Positions 25,052 to 31,721 of a DNA stretch of 32,000 bases are shown here, piece after piece. Source of the DNA: Candidatus Nanosynbacter lyticus (GTDB lineage Bacteria > Patescibacteriota > Saccharimonadia > Saccharimonadales > Saccharimonadaceae); contig NZ_CP007496.1 in the NCBI RefSeq assembly GCF_000803625.1, forward strand, positions 210,001-242,000. Reading direction: 5' to 3'. Numbering within the stretch: the stretch's first letter is position 1; the number at the start of each line of letters is the position of its first letter. The notes beneath the pieces were generated by a model that did not search any database, was not told the origin of the DNA, and saw only the letters and a list, made by a program, of their open reading frames with translations. The translations under genes and the position numbers were made by a program.

Positions 25052-25127
25052 GTATTTTACTATTTTTGCAATAGATGATGTGAGAGTTTTTATTATCCAA
25101 AATTGTTGGATAGTATAGAAAATATCG

Positions 25128-27431
25128 CTATTTTTTCTTAGCTGTTCGCTTACGGGTTGGTTTTGCGGCTGTTTTACTTAACAATTCCAGTGCCTTTTCA
25201 TGGGTGATGGTTTTTGGATCGGTGCCCTTAGGAATTTTGGCATTTTTACTGCCGTCGGTGATATATGGACCAAAGCGACCGTTGAGGATTTTGACGCCGT
25301 CACCAAAGTCAGCGATGTTTTTCTCGGCTTCGGCCTGGAGTTTGGCGGCGTAGAGCTCGCGAGCTTTTTCTAGGGTGATGGTGTGCGGATCTTCGGGCTT
25401 GATGGAGACGAAGAGTTTGCCAACTTGGATGTACGGGCCAAAGCGGCCGATGTTGGCCTTGATGTCTTGCCCGTCTTCGGTTTGGCCGACGATGCGTGGT
25501 AGCTTAAACATTTCCAGCGCTTGCTCCAAAGTGACGGTTTCAATTTTCGCACCTTTTGGTAGCGGCGCAAAGCGTGGTTTGTCCTCGTCGTCAGTGGCGC
25601 CCAGTTGCAACATTGGGCCAAAGCGGCCAAAGCGCGCCAGGATTGGTTTGCCGGATTTTGGATCGATGCCGACTTCGCGATTGGCGCCGACTTTACTGCG
25701 GTCGATACCGCCTGATTGTTCGATCAGTTTATGAAATGGCGTGTAAAATCCGTTGAGCATGGCACTTTTAGCCAGCTCTGCGGCGGCAATTTTATCAAAT
25801 TCAGTCTCGACGTTGGCGGTAAAATCATAATCAACGATTTGCGTGAAATGGTCGGTTAAAAAGTCGGCGATTAGTTCCCCGCTTGGTGTTGGAATAAGCT
25901 TGCCGCGGGTGGAACCCGTTTTTTCCTGGACAACGTCGCGACTGACTTCTTCGCCGTTGTAACTGAGGACGATGACGTCGCGCGGCTGGCCTTCGCTGTC
26001 GCCCTTTTCGACATAGCCGCGGGTCTGTACAGTGTCGATGATAGTGGCGTAGGTGCTTGGACGGCCAATGCCGAGGTCTTCGAGCTTCTTGACCAGGGAG
26101 CCTTCGGTGTAGCGGGCCGGTGGCCGAGCGAAGGTTTGGCGGGCGGTGATGTCGTGGGTTTCGAGGGTGTCACCGGTGTGGAGCTTTGGTAAGAGTTCGT
26201 CTTTGCCGCCGCCATAGACACGCAAGAATCCGTCAAAGGTGATGACTTCACCTTTGGCTTCAAAATGTAACTTGTCATTTCCTTGTATATCTATGGAAAT
26301 TGTCGTCTTCTCTAATTTCGCTGCCGACATTTGGGATGCCAGGGTGCGGCGGCGGATGAGGTCGTAGAGTTTTTGGTCGTACTCGTTGGAAGTGACGGTT
26401 TCGCTGGTGATGTCGGTTGGACGGATGGCCTCGTGGGCTTCCTGGGCGGAGGCGGATTTGGTTTTGAATTTGCGCACGGTGGAGTAATCCGGGCCGTACA
26501 ACCGCTTGATAAAGTCGGTGGCACTGGCGATGGCCTGCCCGCTCAAATTGACCGAGTCAGTACGCATGTAGGTGATTTTACCGTCTTGGTAGAGCCGCTG
26601 GGCTGAAGCCATGGTGGCTTTGGAGCTGAAGCCGAGCTTGGCGTTGGCTTCCTGCTGTAAGGTCGAGGTCGTAAACGGTGCGGCTGGGTTGCGGGTGCCA
26701 GGAGTTTTCGAGATGTCGCTGACGGTGAATGTGGCTGGCTTGAGACTAGTTAAGAATTCATGGGCGGCCGCTTCAGAATCAAATTTCTGGTTGAGCTCAG
26801 CCTTGAACTCTTGATTGTCGTGGATGAATATGGCGGTCACCTTGAACTGTGAACTGCCCTCGAACCTCATAATTTCTCGTTCGCGTTCGACCAGTAGCCG
26901 TACTGCCGGGCTCTGGACGCGGCCAGCTGACTTGCCGCCTGGCACTTTTTGCCAGACTACCGGGCTGAGCTCAAAGCCGACCAGCCGGTCGAGGATTTGC
27001 CGTGCTTGCTGCGCCTGCACCAGATTCATGTCAACGGTGCGCGGGTTCTTGATAGCATTGGTGATGGCATCCTTAGTGATCTCGTGAAAGACGATGCGCT
27101 TGGTTGTCTCAATCGGCAAATCCAATACTTTACAGAGATGCCAAGCAATTGCCTCCCCTTCACGGTCTTCATCGGTGGCCAGCCAAACATTGTCTTTACC
27201 GACGGCCTTGACGTTTTTCTTGAGCTCGGTGATGACTTTCTTCTTCTCGGGATCAACTTCGTAGACGGCAAAAAAATCATTCGCCACATCAATTGGCGGT
27301 GTGCCGTCCTTGGTTTTTTTGACAATCGAGCGGATATGTCCCACGCTTGACAGGACATGAAAATCCTTGCCCAAATATTTCTCAATGGTTTTAGCTTTGG
27401 CTGGCGACTCGACGATAACGAGATTTTTCAT
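25128..27431 (-). CDS. topA: DNA topoisomerase I
   Basis: TOPRIM N-terminus MKNLVIVESPAKAKTIEKYLG, DEDREGEAIAWH, and active-site region ITYMRTDS. Three C-terminal GRFGPY/M repeats and no Cys4 zinc fingers. Confidence 0.95.
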   Translation of the reverse strand: MKNLVIVESPAKAKTIEKYLGKDFHVLSSVGHIRSIVKKTKDGTPPIDVANDFFAVYEVDPEKKKVITELKKNVKAVGKDNVWLATDEDREGEAIAWHLCKVLDLPIETTKRIVFHEITKDAITNAIKNPRTVDMNLVQAQQARQILDRLVGFELSPVVWQKVPGGKSAGRVQSPAVRLLVEREREIMRFEGSSQFKVTAIFIHDNQEFKAELNQKFDSEAAAHEFLTSLKPATFTVSDISKTPGTRNPAAPFTTSTLQQEANAKLGFSSKATMASAQRLYQDGKITYMRTDSVNLSGQAIASATDFIKRLYGPDYSTVRKFKTKSASAQEAHEAIRPTDITSETVTSNEYDQKLYDLIRRRTLASQMSAAKLEKTTISIDIQGNDKLHFEAKGEVITFDGFLRVYGGGKDELLPKLHTGDTLETHDITARQTFARPPARYTEGSLVKKLEDLGIGRPSTYATIIDTVQTRGYVEKGDSEGQPRDVIVLSYNGEEVSRDVVQEKTGSTRGKLIPTPSGELIADFLTDHFTQIVDYDFTANVETEFDKIAAAELAKSAMLNGFYTPFHKLIEQSGGIDRSKVGANREVGIDPKSGKPILARFGRFGPMLQLGATDDEDKPRFAPLPKGAKIETVTLEQALEMFKLPRIVGQTEDGQDIKANIGRFGPYIQVGKLFVSIKPEDPHTITLEKARELYAAKLQAEAEKNIADFGDGVKILNGRFGPYITDGSKNAKIPKGTDPKTITHEKALELLSKTAAKPTRKRTAKKK

Positions 27432-27439
27432 AACTTTAT

Positions 27440-27448
27440 ATTATAACA
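27440..27448 (-). promoter_or_regulatory. Extended -10 (TGtTATAAT on the minus strand), leaderless to ATG 27431
   Basis: The reverse complement of 27440-27448 is TGTTATAAT, 8 nt from the ATG. No SD. Confidence 0.55.
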
Positions 27449-27483
27449 AATCGATATGTAGCTACAACTGCAGCTTAAATTAT

Positions 27484-28164
27484 TTAGCCACATTTGTTAA
27501 ATTTGTTAAGTGCTCCCATTAGTCTTAGGCTACGTTCGGCGCCCGTCGGCGGCATTCTTTCTGGTACAGTATTCTTGCCGAGTGCTTGCTTTGTGTATGT
27601 ATATAAGGAATGGGCAGCAGGCGGTAGTGATGCTATAAACGCTGTGGCTCCTAGCCCACGTAGAAACTTAGCAAGTTTAGGATTGTTAGCATATTCGGCA
27701 ACATGGGCACCGGCATAAGCTATTAAGGTAAACGTTTCGCCAGCCATGGCTAATTTGCCTGATTTGGTTGGTCGAGTTTTACCTTTCTCCTCACTGCGTA
27801 GATTAGTAATTCCCGTGGCTGTAGAATTTAAGAAGTTTAGTAGCGCAATAGTGCCAATGACTAATTCTGGAGCTACCTTTTGCTTTTTCATTTCGTAGAG
27901 GATTTTTGCAGTAACTATTTTATCGGTTATAGCATCAAGGGCTGCCCCAACGTCACTCGTTTGTCCTGTGAAGCGAGATACTGGACCGTCAATTGTGTCA
28001 AGTAATCTTCCTAGGGCGGCTTTTGACAAACCGCAAGGATTGTTAAGTTCTTCCGCTCCGCGCCATGCTAGTATCCCACCTGTTAGTGTTATGGCGTTAG
28101 GTATGGTAAATACATCTTTAGCTATAGTATTAGCGCGATTACCTGACTCTCGGCTTGTCTTCAT
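27484..28164 (-). CDS. CDP-alcohol phosphatidyltransferase family protein
   Basis: DTIDGPVSRFTGQTSDVGAALDAITDK fits Dx2DGx2(A/S)Rx8Gx3Dx3D. N-terminal IPNAITLTGGILA. Substrate unknown. Confidence 0.7.
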   Translation of the reverse strand: MKTSRESGNRANTIAKDVFTIPNAITLTGGILAWRGAEELNNPCGLSKAALGRLLDTIDGPVSRFTGQTSDVGAALDAITDKIVTAKILYEMKKQKVAPELVIGTIALLNFLNSTATGITNLRSEEKGKTRPTKSGKLAMAGETFTLIAYAGAHVAEYANNPKLAKFLRGLGATAFIASLPPAAHSLYTYTKQALGKNTVPERMPPTGAERSLRLMGALNKFNKCG

Positions 28165-28171
28165 AATCTGT

Positions 28172-28200
28172 ATCTTAACATTAATTTGTCAAATTGACAA
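28172..28200 (-). promoter_or_regulatory. Promoter (minus strand) overlapping a 15-bp palindrome, leaderless to ATG 28164
   Basis: On the minus strand: TTGTCA (28200-28195), 17-nt spacer, TGtTAAGAT (28180-28172), then the ATG 7 nt downstream. Palindrome TTGTCAA-A-TTGACAA at 28186-28200. Confidence 0.45.
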
Positions 28201-28202
28201 TA

Positions 28203-29072
28203 TTATCGTAATGTCCAGTTGTTTGCTCCGAGCGGCTTAATCGCGCCGTTGATTTCTAGCATAGTTAGCGCTGTGGCGAAGTCTGATGCCGATAAGCCGG
28301 AATTTTGCTGGAGCTCATCTCCGTCTCGAATTCCGCTAGAGATTAGTTTGATAATAATTGCTTCTTCTGGAGTTGAGCTTAGTGGAGCCTCGGGGCTGCT
28401 GGATTTTTGTAATTTTTCTGGGGCAATTATATTCAAAATATCATTTGCGTCTGTCACTAGATAAGCGCCCTGCTTCAGCAAGTTATTGCATCCCGCTGAG
28501 AGCGGACTGGTTATGTTGCCAGGGACAACGAATAAGTCTCTGCCCTGGTTTAAGGCGTGAGAAGCAGTATTTAAGGTGCCACTTCTCTCTGTGGCTTCAG
28601 TGATGATAATGCCATCTGCCAGCCCACTGACTAATCGATTGCGTTCTAGAAAACTCCAGCGATTTACTATTTTATTATCACCTTTCATCCACTCAGAAAT
28701 TACTGCCCCGCCTTGCCTAATTATGTCCATAGCTAGTTTATAATTGGTGCGCGGTGAGATGTCAGGTAGTTCATTGGGGACGACTGCTACCACTGTGCCA
28801 CCAGCCTCTAAAGCCGCTTTTTGAGCAATTCCATCTACTCCGAGGGCTAGTCCACTGACGATTATACAACCGGCACTTGCTAGCTCTGCGGCTAATCTCT
28901 CGGTTACTTCTTTCCCATAGGCTGAAGGCTTGCGCGAACCAACAATTGATACGATAGGTGCGTTAGCTTCTGGCAATTTTCCCATATAACATAAGCTTTT
29001 TGGAGGATTGGCAATATGTGCTAATCTCTGGGTGAAAATATGCTTATCTGGTAGAATTCTCTTGATTTCCAT
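28203..29072 (-). CDS. dprA: DNA-processing protein DprA (Smf)
   Basis: VSIVGSRKPSAYGKEVTERLAAELASAGCIIVSGLALGVDGIAQKAALEAGGTVVAVV, a Rossmann-like DprA core, plus a C-terminal winged-helix-like tail. ATG 29072 is preferred over the ORF-track GTG 29099, which lies inside the plus-strand -35 region. Confidence 0.88.
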   Translation of the reverse strand: MEIKRILPDKHIFTQRLAHIANPPKSLCYMGKLPEANAPIVSIVGSRKPSAYGKEVTERLAAELASAGCIIVSGLALGVDGIAQKAALEAGGTVVAVVPNELPDISPRTNYKLAMDIIRQGGAVISEWMKGDNKIVNRWSFLERNRLVSGLADGIIITEATERSGTLNTASHALNQGRDLFVVPGNITSPLSAGCNNLLKQGAYLVTDANDILNIIAPEKLQKSSSPEAPLSSTPEEAIIIKLISSGIRDGDELQQNSGLSASDFATALTMLEINGAIKPLGANNWTLR

Positions 29073-29092
29073 ACAAAATGTTGTGAAAAGTA

Positions 29093-29121
29093 TTGACACT
29101 TTGTCAAATGTTTGCTATAAT
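29093..29121 (+). promoter_or_regulatory. Near-consensus sigma70 promoter driving an ORF-free region
   Basis: TTGACA (29093-29098), 17-nt spacer, TGcTATAAT (29113-29121). This is the best match to consensus in the window. Confidence 0.7.
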
Positions 29122-29127
29122 CAAGGA

Positions 29128-29438
29128 CGATTGGTTAAGTAATCATTAACCAAACGCACCTTATACCCCCTATTCTAACTATATGTTAGGTTGCGCGCAA
29201 TGGCATTAAGTATTCTTACCCTCCACTTTTTGCGGTTCAACGTTACGCGCATACTAACCCCTTTAACTGCCCTTTTTCAAAGGCGACCTCTGTTAAGGTG
29301 AGCACTAAGCAGTGTTGATAATCAATCAGGCGCGGACTTTTGGAGTTTTAGTCACGACGCTTCGCCGAGACGGTAGCTCGGGTGGGTTGAAGGGTAAAAA
29401 AGCACCAGGTGATGCCCACCCTTACCTGGTGCTTTTTT
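29128..29438 (+). ncRNA. candidate structured non-coding RNA (~310 nt, family not recognised)
   Basis: Bounded by the promoter at 29093-29121 and the terminator at 29396-29438, with no plausible ORF. Perfect 8-bp hairpin at 29131-29153, 5-bp hairpin at 29175-29189, and TGCGCG (29192-29197) / CGCGCA (29246-29251). C-rich tracts at 29166-29170, 29219-29224 and 29258-29261. Confidence 0.5.
29396..29438. terminator. Bidirectional Rho-independent terminator
   Basis: AGCACCAGGT (29401-29410) / ACCTGGTGCT (29424-29433) with a 13-nt loop, flanked by A5 on the 5' side and T6 on the 3' side. It can therefore terminate both the plus-strand RNA and the minus-strand Fur-family operon. Confidence 0.8.
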
Positions 29439-29453
29439 GTTGGTAAAAATTAT

Positions 29454-29867
29454 TTACTCTTCTATAATATGTCGGCATTTTTCGCAAATACCTTCTAGCT
29501 CAAAATGATGTTTTGTGACTATAAAATTATACTTTTTGCCAATGTAGTCTACGAGTTTTTCGAGTTCTTTCGGTTGTATGGGCTCGGCATTTTGGCAATT
29601 GATACAGTATAAGTGGTGATGATGTGGTATGAATGGCTCGGCTAATTCGTAATAGTTTTTCCAGCCAATGTATATTGTGTTAATTATTTTTAGTCTATCA
29701 AATATGATAAGGGTGCGATAAATACTAGTGCGGTTAATGTTTTTGTAGTTTTTTGCAATATCTCCGACGGTAAGAGGTATTTCTGAATTTTTTAGTATAT
29801 CGAAAATCTGCTGGCGAGGCTTTGTCAGGCGAAAACCGTGCTGCTCGAATATTTCGCTTAGTGTCAT
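29454..29867 (-). CDS. Fur-family metalloregulator (Zur/PerR/Fur-like)
   Basis: N-terminal winged helix (RLTKPRQQIFDIL...TSIYRTLIIFDRLKII), HHHHLYCINCQN and a C-terminal CEKC: the Fur-family metal sites. Confidence 0.85.
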   Translation of the reverse strand: MTLSEIFEQHGFRLTKPRQQIFDILKNSEIPLTVGDIAKNYKNINRTSIYRTLIIFDRLKIINTIYIGWKNYYELAEPFIPHHHHLYCINCQNAEPIQPKELEKLVDYIGKKYNFIVTKHHFELEGICEKCRHIIEE

Positions 29868-29887
29868 AATGATAAGTATTTTACAAC

Positions 29888-29910
29888 TTATTGCAACAAA
29901 TATGCAATAA
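29888..29910. promoter_or_regulatory. 8-7-8 palindrome (candidate operator) upstream of the Fur-family gene
   Basis: TTATTGCA (29888-29895), ACAAATA, TGCAATAA (29903-29910). It overlaps the minus-strand -35 TTGCAT of a TTGCAT-18-TAAAAT promoter (-10 at 29883-29878). Confidence 0.4.
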
Positions 29911-29912
29911 CA

Positions 29913-30647
29913 CTATATTCCCATTAGTTCGTATGGGTATTTAGGCTGGCTTATCTTAGTTATGTTCGGCTGAGTAATCACGTATTCAGCTTGGCCATTA
30001 ATGACTTTCTGGGATAGCTTACCCTTGACTATCAGCCAGGTACCGTCTGGGTAATCTACTGAGAATCTCTTCTCGACGATGATTTTTACTGGAACACTAT
30101 CAACAGCACAGCAACTTATGACATAGCGCGCAATGTAAAAGTAATCGTATCCGTAGTTTTTTAGTAGGTCATTTGAAACGAAGCCAGTGATAGTAATATC
30201 TTTATTATCGAAGTAAGAGGCTTGTTTGCAGGAATTTATGGCAGTTTTCCAGCGGTTTATTGAGATTGTGGAGCTATTTTCTGTTGGTTTTGGAATTTCG
30301 CAGCGACTCTCAGCTTCAATAATTGCAGGATTCTCTCTTTGGGCGAGGCTGCTTGGCGATAGCGTCTTTGGCGGTAGTGTATAGCCGATTGTTAGGATAA
30401 TAATCGCCAAGTAGGAGCTGACCTTTACTCTCCTTAAATTAAAGACAGATCCGTTAAGGGACTGTCTGCTTTTAAATTGCAACATTATATCAATAAGAAA
30501 AAGTGCAATTCCAACTATACTGATTATAATGGCAAATTGATGATAACGTGGATGAGTGTAAAAACCCAGATGATCGCGGCTGGCTAATAGGAGGATATAG
30601 CCACAGACCAAAATCCCGCCCATCGACCTTAGTAAATTAGCGAACAT
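29913..30647 (-). CDS. DUF1980/TIGR03943-family membrane protein (partner of the COG0701 permease)
   Basis: Two or three N-terminal TM helices, then a soluble domain with the CC motif (YVISCCAVDSVPVKI). It overlaps the upstream permease stop by 11 nt. Confidence 0.75.
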   Translation of the reverse strand: MFANLLRSMGGILVCGYILLLASRDHLGFYTHPRYHQFAIIISIVGIALFLIDIMLQFKSRQSLNGSVFNLRRVKVSSYLAIIILTIGYTLPPKTLSPSSLAQRENPAIIEAESRCEIPKPTENSSTISINRWKTAINSCKQASYFDNKDITITGFVSNDLLKNYGYDYFYIARYVISCCAVDSVPVKIIVEKRFSVDYPDGTWLIVKGKLSQKVINGQAEYVITQPNITKISQPKYPYELMGI

Positions 30648-31680
30648 ATAAGTTAACTCCCACGCCCGCCATGAAAGACAGCGCGAATATTATTAGTACA
30701 ATTGTTGCTATAAAGTGCCAACGGAAAGTAGTCTTCATAAGTATAATCATTTTTATGTCTACCATTGGTCCGGATAATAAGAATGACAAGATTGAGCCGG
30801 CAGTAAAACTACGTGCATAAGCTAAGGCAAAAAACGCGTCTATGCTTGAGCATATTGAAACAACAAAGCTGAGGATGATCATGGCGATAACTGACAGAAA
30901 AATGTCACCACCGACGGTGTTAATGATGAATCGTGGTACAAATACTTGGGTGGCTGCGGCGATGCTAGCACCTATGACTAGTATGGTAAATAACTGCCAG
31001 AACTCGTTGCGTGAGTTGTCAAATATTTTTAGAAAAGACGAATCGTTTTTATGAGCGTGGCAATACTCTTTAAAGTCTGGATTAAGTATAGAATCTTCTT
31101 TGAATAAACTAACAATGAAAGCTGTTATTTGGACGATAATCAGCGCAAAAATGACTCTCCACCAGACCATCTGCGGCTGAAAACTGAAGGCCGTCATAGT
31201 AGCGACGATGGTTATGGGGTTGAGGATTGGTGCGGCAAATAGAAAACTGATGACGTCAGCAGGTTTAAGGCCCTGCGCCATCAGGCTGCGTGCAACCGGC
31301 ACATTGCCACATTCACAGACCGGCAAGGCTATTCCAAGCGTTGACAGCACAATTCGCCTGAGGAAGGTATTTTTTGGTAGTATCTTGAGCAGTTTGTCTG
31401 ATGGTAAAAATTTTCTAATTAGTGCCGATACAATTATTCCCAGTAGCAGAAATGGTGTAGCTTCGACGATTACACTCAGTGTGAGCGTAAGAAAATCTTG
31501 AAGCGATGGCAGTAGTTTTGTAAACAAATCTACAAGTTCTCCATTAACTAACATAGTGCTAAATTTTGAACTGAGGTAATATATAGTAATCACAAAAATC
31601 CCAAAAACAATCCAGTTTATTAATTCCTGGTTGGCGTATAGTATTTTCTTTAAGCGGCCGTCTGATAGCTTGCGCACCAT
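30637..31680 (-). CDS. COG0701/UPF0718-type permease
   Basis: Polytopic membrane protein with the characteristic ALPVCECGNVPVARSL motif. Paired with DUF1980, as in the two-component permease complexes described in streptococci. Confidence 0.8.
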   Translation of the reverse strand: MVRKLSDGRLKKILYANQELINWIVFGIFVITIYYLSSKFSTMLVNGELVDLFTKLLPSLQDFLTLTLSVIVEATPFLLLGIIVSALIRKFLPSDKLLKILPKNTFLRRIVLSTLGIALPVCECGNVPVARSLMAQGLKPADVISFLFAAPILNPITIVATMTAFSFQPQMVWWRVIFALIIVQITAFIVSLFKEDSILNPDFKEYCHAHKNDSSFLKIFDNSRNEFWQLFTILVIGASIAAATQVFVPRFIINTVGGDIFLSVIAMIILSFVVSICSSIDAFFALAYARSFTAGSILSFLLSGPMVDIKMIILMKTTFRWHFIATIVLIIFALSFMAGVGVNLYVR

Positions 31681-31687
31681 ATATAAA

Positions 31688-31693
31688 ATTATA
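31688..31693 (-). promoter_or_regulatory. -10 box (TATAAT on the minus strand), leaderless to ATG 31680
   Basis: The reverse complement of 31688-31693 is TATAAT, 7 nt from the ATG. Confidence 0.5.
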
Positions 31694-31704
31694 CCGCATG
31701 CTTA

Positions 31705-31713
31705 TGTTATACT
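31705..31713 (+). promoter_or_regulatory. Extended -10 (TGtTATACT), leaderless to ATG 31722
   Basis: The box ends 8 nt before the ATG. It is divergent from the permease promoter within a 41-bp gap. Confidence 0.5.
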
Positions 31714-31721
31714 AAATCATT

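Noticed and set aside
25370-27385. Numerous 60-135-aa ORFs on both strands within topA (for example 25871-26278, 26331-26606, 26949-27350).
   Set aside because: They are shadow frames of a long, relatively GC-rich and highly conserved gene. Their translations are low-complexity (Pro/Ala/Ser/Arg-rich) and they lack start signals.
29312-29446. A 44-codon GTG-initiated ORF inside the candidate ncRNA, preceded by AAGGTG (29295-29300).
   Set aside because: The frame runs straight through both arms of the terminator hairpin and stops only after the U-tract. A terminated transcript would therefore lack a stop codon. It is most likely not a gene.
29100-29453. I tested whether the ORF-free transcript is a known housekeeping RNA (tmRNA, RNase P, SRP/4.5S, 6S) or a T-box leader.
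   Set aside because: It has no GGGG...UCGAC 5' end and no T-arm/CCA 3' end, so it does not look like tmRNA. The minus strand has AAAAGTCCGCGCC and ACAGAGG, reminiscent of the RNase P CR-I and CR-IV regions. However, they are only about 45 nt apart and no P4 pairing partner exists. There is no GGAAGCAGC SRP motif. GGGTGGG resembles the T-box core, but the rest of the T-box, the specifier and the AG-box features are absent, as is any downstream plus-strand gene. The RNA is therefore left as an unclassified candidate.
31681-31721. A possible Fur/Zur box around the GCATGC core in the 41-bp divergent promoter region.
   Set aside because: The flanking arms (TTATACC versus TTATGTT) are not complementary, and there is no similarity to the 29888-29910 palindrome.
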